22,761 nucleotides of DNA from Verrucomicrobiota bacterium (lineage in GTDB: Bacteria; Verrucomicrobiota; Verrucomicrobiia; Verrucomicrobiales; DEV007): positions 1 to 22,761 of the forward strand of contig JASFYY010000057.1 of the NCBI GenBank assembly GCA_045046875.1, in the 5' to 3' direction. Position 1 is the stretch's first letter; every line of letters begins with the position of its first letter. A program made the translations under genes and the position numbers. The notes beneath the pieces were generated by a model that saw only the letters and a list, made by a program, of their open reading frames with translations, searched no databases and had not been told where the DNA came from. Positions 8,392-16,895 of the stretch are shown here, piece after piece.

Positions 8392-9732
8392 ATGAAAAAT
8401 TCCCCCGAAAACGTAGCCCCCTCAAAGCACATGGATGCATCATCCAGTCGCCGCCTTTTCCTTAAAAGCACCGCTGCGGCCAGCACGCTGGCGCTACTTC
8501 CCCAGGCAGTGCACGCGGCTACGAATGATACGATCAAACTCGGCATCGTCGGCTGTGGCGGACGTGGCACTGGAGCCGCCGCCCAGGCGATGAACGCAGA
8601 CGACGGAGTGAAGCTCGTCGCCGTTTGTGATGTCGACCGCGACATGGCACAGCAAAAAGTCGAACTGCTGAAAAAACAAAAACCCAATCAGGTCGACGTC
8701 CCAGACGAACAGATTTTTTCCGGATTCGAGGATTATAAAAACGTCATCTCCAGCTGTGATGTGGTCATCCTCGCCACTTCGCCCGGCTTCCGCCCTTTGC
8801 ACTTCGAAGAAGCAGTCAATCAGGGCAAACATGTTTTCATGGAAAAGCCCGTGGCCACCGACGTGCGCGGCATCAAACGAGTGCTCGAATCCGCCAAAAT
8901 AGCCAAGGAAAAAAATCTCAAAGTCGGAGTAGGTCTGCAACGCCGCCACCAACCCACTTACCAGGATTACATCAAACGTATTCAGGACGGTGCGCTCGGT
9001 GACATCGTTTACATGCGCGCTTTCTGGGACGGCACAGCGCGGGCAGGCAAAGAAAAACGCCCCGATGAAACCGAGCTGCAATACCAAATCCGCAACTGGT
9101 ATTATTTCACCTGGCTCTCAGGTGACCACAATGTTGAACAACACGTTCACAACCTCGACGTTTGCAACTGGGCTAAAGGCAATGTGCATCCGGTCCGGGC
9201 ACAGGGCATGGGCGGTCGCCAGGTGCGTAATAAAAAAATCAACGGACAGATTTTTGATCACCATTTCATCGAATACGAATACGCCGACGGCACCCGGATG
9301 TTCTCCCAATCACGTCAGATCCCCCGCTGCTGGAAATCAGTCAGCGAATCGATCACCGGCACCCTCGGTGAAGCGCATTTCGAACGCGGACGTTTTTCCA
9401 TCACTGGTCCCAAAGCCGACGCCAAAAGACTACGCAAGGGCGAAGACGGTCATCAACTTGAGCACTACCCGCTCTTCGAAGCCATTCGCAAAAACCTGCC
9501 CTACAACGAAGCTGAACGCGGCGCCAACGCCACCATGACCGCCATCCTCGGGCGCATGTCCAATTATTCCGGCCAAGCCGTCACCTGGGATGAAGCGATG
9601 GCCTCCAATCTCACCCTGGTGCCCGACGACCTCACCAGTTTCGACTCCACCGCCCCGGTGCAACCCGACGCCGAAGGCTGGTATCCGGTCGCCGTGCCCG
9701 GTCAAAGCAATCCCTATCACCGCTGGTATTGA
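8392..9732 (+). CDS. Tat-exported Gfo/Idh/MocA oxidoreductase
   Basis: SRRLFLK twin-arginine signal, GCGGRG, HVFMEKP, VGLQRR and EQHVHNLD. Start taken at ATG 8392, with 8431 as an alternative. Confidence 0.92.
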   Translation: MKNSPENVAPSKHMDASSSRRLFLKSTAAASTLALLPQAVHAATNDTIKLGIVGCGGRGTGAAAQAMNADDGVKLVAVCDVDRDMAQQKVELLKKQKPNQVDVPDEQIFSGFEDYKNVISSCDVVILATSPGFRPLHFEEAVNQGKHVFMEKPVATDVRGIKRVLESAKIAKEKNLKVGVGLQRRHQPTYQDYIKRIQDGALGDIVYMRAFWDGTARAGKEKRPDETELQYQIRNWYYFTWLSGDHNVEQHVHNLDVCNWAKGNVHPVRAQGMGGRQVRNKKINGQIFDHHFIEYEYADGTRMFSQSRQIPRCWKSVSESITGTLGEAHFERGRFSITGPKADAKRLRKGEDGHQLEHYPLFEAIRKNLPYNEAERGANATMTAILGRMSNYSGQAVTWDEAMASNLTLVPDDLTSFDSTAPVQPDAEGWYPVAVPGQSNPYHRWY

Positions 9733-9776
9733 AATAAAACTCGACCTCCAGCCCAGCAAACTTACATTCACAAATT

Positions 9777-9807
9777 CTACAGCCTACCGCCTAAACACCT
9801 ACCGCCT
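9777..9807. repeat. Intergenic heptamer-like tandem repeat (CTACAGC CTACCGC CTAAACAC CTACCGC)
   Basis: Four CTA-initiated units just upstream of the MFS start. Confidence 0.6.
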
Positions 9808-9815
9808 TCCCCACT

Positions 9816-11210
9816 ATGAGCAAACTCGATAACAAACCCTGGTATGATGGAATCACCCGCTATCAATGGCTCGTCCTGGTCGTCGCCTGTCTGGGCTGGA
9901 TTTTTGATGTGTTTGAAGGGCAGGTCTTTGTCGCCTCGATGCAGGATGCTATGCCCGATTTGCTGGGGACCACTCCGGATGACCCCAAGGTCAGCGGATG
10001 GAACAACTGGGCCTTTGGCTCCTTCATGCTTGGTGGTGCGGTGGGCGGCATCTTCTTCGGCATGATGAGCGACCGTGTCGGCCGCACCAAAACCATGATG
10101 ATCACCATCCTGTTTTACTCGGCTTTTACCTGCGTCACTGCTTTTGCTCAAGAGCCCTGGCACATGGTGATATTACGCTTTTTTGTCGCCATGGGAGTCG
10201 GTGGGGAATGGGCCGTGGCTTCAGCCATGGTTGCAGAAGTCATGCCCAAACGCGCCCGCGCGATCACCAGCTCCATCTTTCATGCCTCCAGCGTTTTTGG
10301 AACCCTGCTGGCGGTTGCGGCGATCTCTTTACTGATCGGCAACGAAGAATTGAACGCCAGCCTCGCCGAAAAAGGCATCGACGGATGGCGAATCGGTTTT
10401 GCCATCGGAGCACTGCCCGCTCTGCTCATTCTCTGGATCCGCTGGAAACTGAAAGAACCCGACTCGTGGAAAGCCGCACGTGAACGCGCCAAAAACGACC
10501 CTACCCAAAAGCAGGGACGACTGGGCGAGCTGTTCGTCAAACCACAGCTGCGCAGCACCCTGATCGGCGTCACCCTGGCCACTGTCGGACTGGTGACTTT
10601 CTGGGGTATCCATATTTATGGAAAAAACGCCCTGATGCGCAATACCCAGGCAGAAGTTTTGCGAATAGAAAATATCGCGCCCGATGCTGAAAAAGCGGTG
10701 AAAGCCGTGGCCTATCAAAAACACAAATCAAAGATCAAAACATCGGAAATGCTCAGCATGACCTTTAATACCGTCGGTGGCGGACTAGGCCTCATTCTAT
10801 TTGGAGCCATCTCAAATCGTCTGGGAAGGAAGGGAGCCTTCATCATGTATCATGCCGTGGCTTTTGTGATGGTCATCATATTATTCAAGATCCTTATACC
10901 CAATCCCGAAACTTCGAATCTAACCTATATGTTATTTCTTCCCGTATTCGGTTTTTTCACCCTGGGCATGCATGCCGGTTACGCGGTTTATTTCCCCGAG
11001 CTCTATCCCACCCGCTTACGCGGAACCGGCGCAGGGTTCTGTTTCAACATGGGACGACTGGGAACAGCCGCGGCATTTTTCTTTTTCGGTAATCTGGCAA
11101 CTCCCTTGCTGCCCGAACAACAAGCCCTCTTGCTCTCGCCGCTCTACATCGTTGGTTTAGTCGTGGTGCTGTTCGGCAAAGAAACCCGTGGCGAAGAATT
11201 GCCCGATTGA
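9816..11210 (+). CDS. MFS transporter
   Basis: Motif A (G.MSDRVGR), RFFVAMGVGGEW, PELYPTRLRGTG, KETRG and multiple TM segments. Confidence 0.95.
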   Translation: MSKLDNKPWYDGITRYQWLVLVVACLGWIFDVFEGQVFVASMQDAMPDLLGTTPDDPKVSGWNNWAFGSFMLGGAVGGIFFGMMSDRVGRTKTMMITILFYSAFTCVTAFAQEPWHMVILRFFVAMGVGGEWAVASAMVAEVMPKRARAITSSIFHASSVFGTLLAVAAISLLIGNEELNASLAEKGIDGWRIGFAIGALPALLILWIRWKLKEPDSWKAARERAKNDPTQKQGRLGELFVKPQLRSTLIGVTLATVGLVTFWGIHIYGKNALMRNTQAEVLRIENIAPDAEKAVKAVAYQKHKSKIKTSEMLSMTFNTVGGGLGLILFGAISNRLGRKGAFIMYHAVAFVMVIILFKILIPNPETSNLTYMLFLPVFGFFTLGMHAGYAVYFPELYPTRLRGTGAGFCFNMGRLGTAAAFFFFGNLATPLLPEQQALLLSPLYIVGLVVVLFGKETRGEELPD

Positions 11211-11241
11211 TTGCCTGGCCATCCTGACTTATCACTGATGG

Positions 11242-11997
11242 GTGTCGCCTGAAATCACTGCCCTCATCCTCGTTGCCCTGTTCATGGCGGGCGCGGCTTT
11301 TGTCCAGTCGGTCAGCGGCTTCGGCATGGCCATCGTGGCGGTGGCCACCCTGCCGCTGGTGATGGATCTCAAGGACGCGATCGCCCTGATCGCGGTCTTC
11401 AACCTTTTTGTCAGCACCCTCACCCTGTTCTGGAACCGCAGCGGTTTTTCCTGGAAAGACGCCCGACCACTGGTGATCGGCATGATCATCGGCATCCCTC
11501 TTGGATACCACTTCCTGCAAAACACCAATTCCACCCTGCTCATCCGGGTACTCGGAGCCGTACTGATTCTGATCGCCATCAGCGATACCCTGTTGTCGCG
11601 CAAGTCCCACCTCTCGTTGCCTACCTGGTCCGCCTGGCCACTGGCTATTTTTGGGGGAGTCATCGGCGGCGCGTTTAATGTCGGCGGCCCGCCCATCGTC
11701 GCTTACACCTACTCCCAGCGGTGGAGCAAAACCCAAGTCGTCGCCACCCTGCAAACCGTTTTTCTCATCGCCGGTTTTTTCCGCAACGGTCTTATGATCA
11801 GTCACGACCTCACCACCAGCGGACGCAACGACTGGTCTTGGGGACTGGCCACCAATCTGCTCGCCTCCATCCCGCTCGCCATCCTTGCCATCTGGCTGGG
11901 AAAAAAATGTCTCGACCGGATTCCGCAAAATACCCTGCGCGCCACCGTCTTCACCTTCATCTTCCTGATGGGAGTGAAATATTTATTTTTTCCCTGA
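11242..11997 (+). CDS. Sulfite exporter TauE/SafE (TSUP) family membrane protein
   Basis: VQSVSGFG and GGAFNVGGPP motifs, with about 8 hydrophobic helices. Confidence 0.88.
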   Translation: MSPEITALILVALFMAGAAFVQSVSGFGMAIVAVATLPLVMDLKDAIALIAVFNLFVSTLTLFWNRSGFSWKDARPLVIGMIIGIPLGYHFLQNTNSTLLIRVLGAVLILIAISDTLLSRKSHLSLPTWSAWPLAIFGGVIGGAFNVGGPPIVAYTYSQRWSKTQVVATLQTVFLIAGFFRNGLMISHDLTTSGRNDWSWGLATNLLASIPLAILAIWLGKKCLDRIPQNTLRATVFTFIFLMGVKYLFFP

Positions 11998-12079
11998 ATC
12001 AACGGTCAAACACACGTCAGTGAAATCATTTGTCAGCCACCGACAAATGATAAACATTGGCCCATCCAAATTCTATATT

Positions 12080-12643
12080 ATGAAAACCCCACACTTGATA
12101 TTACTCGCCACCCTAGCCCTGCTCACTCCACAGTTGAATGCACAAGAGAGCACCGCCTACCAGGGCAAAGTGCACTCCATCCCCGGCTTGATCGAAGCCG
12201 AACATTGGGACGAAGGCAAATCCGGAGCGGCCTACCACGATGTCGATGAAAAAAATCGCGGTGAAAATTATCGTGAAAAAACCCAGGTCGATATTGAAAA
12301 GCGCCCCGATGCCTCCAATGGCCATGGTATCGGTTGGACCAAAAAAGGCGAATGGCTGGTCTATACCGTCAATGTAAAAGAAAGCGGCACTTACCACATT
12401 GAGATTCCCGTCGCCTCAAAAAAACCTGGCGGTATTTTCCATATGGAAATGAATGGCAAAGACGTCACCGGCCCGATCAAAGTGCCCGATACCGGTAGCT
12501 GGCAAACTTTGAAAACCATCGTCCACAAAAACGTCAAACTGACAAAAGGCATCCAGCGCATGAAAGTGATCATGGACAGCGAAGGTGACTCAAAAAGCAT
12601 CGGTGACATTGACTACTACAAGTTCATCGCAACCGCCAAGTAA
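12080..12643 (+). CDS. Secreted stand-alone carbohydrate-binding (CBM6-like) protein
   Basis: Signal peptide MKTPHLILLATLALL, then IPGLIEAEH.D.G..G.AYHD, GW...GEWL.YTVNV..SG.Y and TGSWQT. Start reassigned to ATG 12080. Confidence 0.8.
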   Translation: MKTPHLILLATLALLTPQLNAQESTAYQGKVHSIPGLIEAEHWDEGKSGAAYHDVDEKNRGENYREKTQVDIEKRPDASNGHGIGWTKKGEWLVYTVNVKESGTYHIEIPVASKKPGGIFHMEMNGKDVTGPIKVPDTGSWQTLKTIVHKNVKLTKGIQRMKVIMDSEGDSKSIGDIDYYKFIATAK

Positions 12644-12681
12644 CCTGCCCTGCCAGCCATATTCGCTTTTATTACACCACT

Positions 12682-12891
12682 ATGAATCCCGACCCACCCA
12701 CCGCTTCACCCATCGGCTCCGGTTTCAAATGGGCCTTCCTCGGAGTAGTCCTCAGCCTGGTAGGCGCAGCCATCGCTCAAAGCATGGGCATCCGGGATTT
12801 CCAATCCGCCGCCCTGCTTTACGCCCCCGGCGGTTTTATCGGCGGCTTCCTGATCGGCTGGATGAAATCCAAAAATTCAGATGAAGAATGA
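12682..12891 (+). CDS. Small two-TM hypothetical membrane protein
   Basis: 69 aa with two hydrophobic segments. Co-oriented with the cluster and followed by a terminator. Confidence 0.6.
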   Translation: MNPDPPTASPIGSGFKWAFLGVVLSLVGAAIAQSMGIRDFQSAALLYAPGGFIGGFLIGWMKSKNSDEE

Positions 12892-12924
12892 TTAGTGCCT
12901 TGATTCTGATTTAACCTCAACCCT

Positions 12925-12955
12925 AAAAAGGGTGCCTGATAGGCACCCTTTTTTT
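12925..12955 (+). terminator. Intrinsic (potentially bidirectional) terminator
   Basis: AAAAAGGGTGCCT-GAT-AGGCACCCTTTTTTT. Confidence 0.88.
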
Positions 12956-13033
12956 GTCCCCGGATCTTTTGATATATTTCGGGCTATAAAATATAGTCTT
13001 GACTAATATTTTTAGTAAACTCTATTCATTCCC

Positions 13034-13897
13034 ATGGAATTCACCTGCTGCAAAAACATCATCGCTCTGAACCTTTTATTCATCACCCAGCTCCCCCACA
13101 TCTCATTGGCGGATGAGCCTCCTATAGACTCCAGCAGCCCCACCCCCACCAACCCAGCGGGAACCCTACTGCAATGGAGCCCCCATGTTTCCGGAGCAGC
13201 TCGACTCAATCAAGCGCTGGTCACTGATCGCCCTGACTTTACCGAGGCCTCCGTCACGGTGGGCAAAGGCATCACTCAAATTGAGTTTGGCTACACCTAC
13301 ATCGATGGCGGTGACTCCGAGCTACACTCTCTCGGCGAAGCGCTGCTGCGTTACGGCATCCTCACCAACTGGCTGGAACTGCGACTGGGGTTTCTGCCTC
13401 TCATTGAAAATGAGCAAAAAGGATTTGCCGATCTCTACCTCGGATTCAAAATTGCACTCACCCCCCAACAAGGGTTGCTCCCCGAAATGGCCATCATTCC
13501 CCAAAGTTTTGCCCCCACCGGCAGCCAGAATTTCCGCTCCCACGGCTGGGAGCCAGGGCTCAACTGGGTCTATTCCTGGCAGATCAACGACACCCTCTCC
13601 ACCGCAGGTTCAAGCCAAGTCAATCGCCGCTTTAACAACGAAGGCAACGATTTTTACGAACTCGCCCAATCCTGGACCGTCAGCGCCTCACTTACCGAAA
13701 AAATAGGCGCCTATAGTGAATGGTTCGCACTGCTCCCTCTCGGCGGCAGTGACTCACAAAACGAACACTACCTCAACGGCGGTTTCACCTACCTCATCAA
13801 CCAAAACCTACAGGCCGACATCCGGGTCGGCTGGGGACTCAATGAACACGCACAAGACTTTTTTGCAGGCGCCGGCCTTTCAATCAGGTTTCAATAA
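13034..13897 (+). CDS. Putative outer-membrane beta-barrel (MetA-pathway phenol degradation-like 'transporter')
   Basis: TDRPDFTE motif, LRYG....LELR, amphipathic strands and C-terminal GLSIRF. Confidence 0.8.
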   Translation: MEFTCCKNIIALNLLFITQLPHISLADEPPIDSSSPTPTNPAGTLLQWSPHVSGAARLNQALVTDRPDFTEASVTVGKGITQIEFGYTYIDGGDSELHSLGEALLRYGILTNWLELRLGFLPLIENEQKGFADLYLGFKIALTPQQGLLPEMAIIPQSFAPTGSQNFRSHGWEPGLNWVYSWQINDTLSTAGSSQVNRRFNNEGNDFYELAQSWTVSASLTEKIGAYSEWFALLPLGGSDSQNEHYLNGGFTYLINQNLQADIRVGWGLNEHAQDFFAGAGLSIRFQ

Positions 13898-13948
13898 ATG
13901 CCCAAGACCTGCAAGGATCATCACTTGGAAAAGTCGTCGTATGAGTCA

Positions 13949-14182
13949 ACCGAACGCCTGATCGAGGGCGCGCACCGACGGTTGATGGTGAATATAGGAT
14001 TTTCGACTGAAGACGCGTGGCGTTTTGCTCGACAGTTTAAGGTGTCGACATTTGGCTGTGTTCAAAATTGGATCAGCGACGAGCTAGGTGAGATGCAACT
14101 GTAGCTGATGCAAGAAGTGTATCGCAGCAATTAGGTCAATCCAACGAGAATCGGTTAGAAGGCGATTTGACATAAATTCTGA
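13949..14182 (-). pseudogene. Decayed terminal cassette remnant with possible attC relic (13949-14033)
   Basis: ATG at 14173 lies 16 nt after the core but stops after 29 codons. GCGTTTTGCTCGAC (14020-14033) mimics the GTTTT-GTT attC end and matches the leading core 6/7. No convincing stem remains. Confidence 0.4.
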
Positions 14183-14300
14183 GTCGAACGGTTGAGGCTA
14201 GCTGATCCTCTGCGAGGGCGAGCGTAGCTTGGTGGATAATGCATCAAAGTTAGAATGGACTGACAACGGGCAGAGGATTAGCTACGCCGTTTTGTTGAAC
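14183..14300 (-). repeat. attC site, family B (118 bp; 7-bp deletion vs other B copies)
   Basis: + strand: GTCGAAC..GGCTAGCTGATCCTCTGC...GCAGAGGATTAGCTACGCC-GTTTT-GTTGAAC. Confidence 0.88.
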
Positions 14301-14554
14301 TTATCGTTGAGGAGAAATGGCTCAGGGAAGTCGCCTATGAGATGCCAACCCTAATCAATTTCCTTGGTTATCTCAAGAAATTCAATAAAATCCTCCGGCA
14401 AGGGCTTTCCGGGTTTTCTGCTCAGCGCATCGATTTCTGACTGATTCGCCCCATCGGCGACAATCCGATCCTCGGGAATGAGGTCACACTCGAATATTTC
14501 AGCAGAGCGTTTTATACATCCAATCAGGCTTTCTAGCTCCTCACGGGCAATCAT
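14301..14554 (-). pseudogene. Truncated SMI1/KNR4 (SUKH)-like cassette gene
   Basis: GANQSEIDALSRKPGKPLPEDFIEFL resembles the SMI1/KNR4 N-terminus. TAG at 14351 follows 67 aa, and the cassette is too short for a full domain. Confidence 0.55.
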
Positions 14555-14558
14555 TCCA

Positions 14559-14685
14559 GTCGAACATCGAGCACAGGCAACCCGCTACTGGTAGCGGGCT
14601 TTCGTGTTCAAGTTGAGGGCTGAATTTTTCATTTAGGTTTTGACTGCGAGCAAGTAACGAGTTGCTCTGCTACATTTTCCTCACT
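14559..14685 (-). repeat. attC site, family A, degenerate (inverse core AAC mutated)
   Basis: GTCGAAC-ATCGA-GCACAGGCAACCCGCTAC...GTAACGAGTTGCTCTGCTAC-ATTTT-CCTCACT. Confidence 0.8.
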
Positions 14686-15387
14686 TTTAAGTCGGTTGTA
14701 ATAATCGTTCCGGACTTCTGGATCCATCATGATCTTGTAGTCAAACGAGCCACACTTGAAACAGGTATGCCATAAGGGTGGCCGAGGATAAAGACCAGGT
14801 ATCAATCCTTTCAATTTATCCCATAGGGTCTTGTGCCGAAATCTAGACTTTCCGATATAGCTACAGTCTTCGCATCGAGTGAAACTGCAAAACTCTTTTG
14901 GCAGGTCAAGGCGAAGACCATCAGCCATCAATGCAAACTCTGTTTTGAGGGCAGCGTCGAGATCCTGAAGATCATCGGGTGGATAGAAAATTTCTTCGTG
15001 GTCGGTCCCTTTGAAGGACAGTTCTTCCTCAATATCGGAAAAAACTGCCAGCAATGGATCTGAATAACCTGTATCCGCATAAATTCTCGCTAGCATATGT
15101 AGGGCCTCTTCTGCAGCAGTTTCGCCGCACTCGTAACTCCTTTGAACCAGCCCAGCAGACTGTTGTGCCTCTACAACCTCATTGACACACTCAATCTTCA
15201 ATTCCTTGCAGGAATTACGGAAATAGGACTCTATTTCCTCCGATTCGAATTTTGGGTTAAGTCCAGCAAGGATTCTGAGACTAGGAGTATCGGAACCTTC
15301 GCAAAGACGCTCGACAGCCCAGTCCACATAGAGACTTGAAAACGCAGAGCCCAGTGACCGCTTCAGCATTAGAGTGTCGGTCTCCAT
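14629..15387 (-). CDS. Cassette hypothetical protein with C-terminal CxxC...CxxC zinc ribbon
   Basis: Start reassigned to ATG 15387, 13 nt after the core. Motifs YVDWA..L.EGSDTPSLRILAGL and CEDC...CFKCG. The C-terminus reads into the attC. Confidence 0.8.
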   Translation of the reverse strand: METDTLMLKRSLGSAFSSLYVDWAVERLCEGSDTPSLRILAGLNPKFESEEIESYFRNSCKELKIECVNEVVEAQQSAGLVQRSYECGETAAEEALHMLARIYADTGYSDPLLAVFSDIEEELSFKGTDHEEIFYPPDDLQDLDAALKTEFALMADGLRLDLPKEFCSFTRCEDCSYIGKSRFRHKTLWDKLKGLIPGLYPRPPLWHTCFKCGSFDYKIMMDPEVRNDYYNRLKSEENVAEQLVTCSQSKPK

Positions 15388-15393
15388 TTTTTG

Positions 15394-15519
15394 AGCGAAC
15401 ATCAAGTCACACCGTATCCCTGGGCGGGAGCGCACGTTGACGAATAGTTTGATGGTTAAAATTAGGGTGAATCATAACTACGGGGCGGCTCAGGAATTCG
15501 GTACTGACTATTGTTAGGC
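15394..15519 (-). repeat. attC site, family C
   Basis: AGCGAAC..GTCACACCGTATCCCTG...CAGGAATTCGGTACTGAC-TATT-GTTAGGC. Homologous to 18932-19057. Confidence 0.85.
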
Positions 15520-15539
15520 ATTAATGTGCGGAATCTAGA

Positions 15540-16199
15540 TTACGGACTTGTCTTATCCCAACAGGTGAAGAGACTCTTAAAATCGTCACTCAGCTTTTCA
15601 ACATCTCCATTGAAGCCACTTTCGACGTCAATCCATACAATCCCTGAGCATTCATTTCCTTTTCGATAATCGAGACAAGTGAAAGCATGGCCATCCGTTT
15701 CGAGTATCATTAATCGGTCGAGTATCGACTTGTATGAGACCAGTTCCGACCCACCTTCCACGTCTCCACGAATTGTTAGCCACTCGTATACCGGAATCAC
15801 TGTGGCAAGCTTCTGATCCTCGAAGGGGTCGAGGGTTATGCCGGCAACGCCGTTGAACAGACTCTCCTCCTTTAGTGCCAATTCGTGGAACCAGCCCCCA
15901 TTCTGGTGCATCATTAATTGACGAAGGTCAGCGGGGAGTTTCACGCAATACTTCTCTTCAAAGGTTGCCAGCAACTTTGGGTTTAGGAGGCCAAATTCAG
16001 AGGAACCCTCAGTCAATATTGACCGATAATCAGCCTTGGCTGTCCATTCTTGAAACCTCTTCTTGAACTCCTTTTTTAGGATTTTCTCGCGCTCTGGAGA
16101 ATATTGATAGCAGGGCATACACATCCCAGCACACCTCTCAGCGGTATCCGGGAGCACCATTGCCTCACACTTTTTACAGGGTACGCGCTCAGTGGTCAT
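15540..16199 (-). CDS. Cassette SMI1/KNR4 (SUKH) family protein with N-terminal Cys-rich motif
   Basis: FEEKYCVKLPADLRQLMMHQNGG and DGHAFTCLDYR......IVWID......LSDDF motifs. The N-terminus has CKKC-x10-CAGMCMPC. Confidence 0.85.
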   Translation of the reverse strand: MTTERVPCKKCEAMVLPDTAERCAGMCMPCYQYSPEREKILKKEFKKRFQEWTAKADYRSILTEGSSEFGLLNPKLLATFEEKYCVKLPADLRQLMMHQNGGWFHELALKEESLFNGVAGITLDPFEDQKLATVIPVYEWLTIRGDVEGGSELVSYKSILDRLMILETDGHAFTCLDYRKGNECSGIVWIDVESGFNGDVEKLSDDFKSLFTCWDKTSP

Positions 16200-16216
16200 A
16201 TTGTGTAGATTTTATT

Positions 16217-16342
16217 TCCTAACGTCGAGCTCACCCAGCACTGGGTAGGGAGAGAGCGGGAACGAAGGGGTTGGTGTTTAAAGTCATGTCGGATTTTAAC
16301 ATCGGGGAGGCTCAGTGCTTGGTATACAGCGTTTTGCTCTGT
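16217..16342 (-). repeat. attC site, family D (inverse core AAC->AGC)
   Basis: TCCTAAC-GTCGA-GCTCACCCAGCACTG...CAGTGCTTGGTATACAGC-GTTTT-GCTCTGT. Confidence 0.8.
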
Positions 16343-16767
16343 CTTGGTGTGATATTCCATTTCCAGGAATGATGCCGAGCATCTTTGAGCCGGTTGGCAA
16401 TCCTGATTATCTTCCAATGTAGCCAGTTTCGAACCTCTCGGATCTCGTAGTCACCATTTAGGACGCCAAAGTTGAGTAATCCGCTCGGGCCACCGTAATT
16501 CTCTACCCAAGCAAGGGTTTTATCTTGATCCAATGGGTAGCCATCGATCCTGATACTTGAATCTGTCTTTACCAGCGATTCGTAAAAACATCTGCTCGAC
16601 TCATATCTAACAAGATCGTGGGGGCGAAACATCCACCAAGTCCTTTTGTTTTGAGATATCCGATCCTGCGTCATCCAGAGGAGATCTGTTGAAACATTTT
16701 GAGACGAGAGAAAATCGCGAAATTGCTCCACCGCTTTGTCGAATGCTGGTCGATCAGAGTATTTCAT
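16312..16767 (-). CDS. Cassette hypothetical protein
   Basis: 151-aa ORF starting 8 nt after core GTTCTGT and ending inside the attC. No recognised family. Confidence 0.75.
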   Translation of the reverse strand: MKYSDRPAFDKAVEQFRDFLSSQNVSTDLLWMTQDRISQNKRTWWMFRPHDLVRYESSRCFYESLVKTDSSIRIDGYPLDQDKTLAWVENYGGPSGLLNFGVLNGDYEIREVRNWLHWKIIRIANRLKDARHHSWKWNITPRQSKTLYTKH

Positions 16768-16768
16768 G

Positions 16769-16895
16769 ACAGAACGTCGAGCACAGGCAACCCGCTACTG
16801 GCAGCGAGCTTTCGTATTCAAGTTAAAGGTTAAAGTTTTCATTTAGATTTCGACTGGAGACTAGTAGCGGGTTGCTCTGCTGCGTTTTGTTCTAC
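16769..16895 (-). repeat. attC site, family A
   Basis: ACAGAAC-GTCGA-GCACAGGCAACCCGCTAC...GTAGCGGGTTGC[T]CTG[C]TGC-GTTTT-GTTCTAC, with two extrahelical bases. Confidence 0.93.

Noticed and set aside
12926..13897. Integron integrase or attI at the left end of the array
   Set aside because: There are no tyrosine-recombinase motifs, and cassette orientation places attI beyond the right edge.
13898..14104. 68-aa plus-strand ORF after the barrel gene
   Set aside because: It has no recognisable motif and overlaps the decayed end of the array. It is likely spurious.
15388..15435. Upstream start of ORF 14629-15435
   Set aside because: It lies inside an attC, across the recombination core. ATG 15387 fits the cassette pattern.
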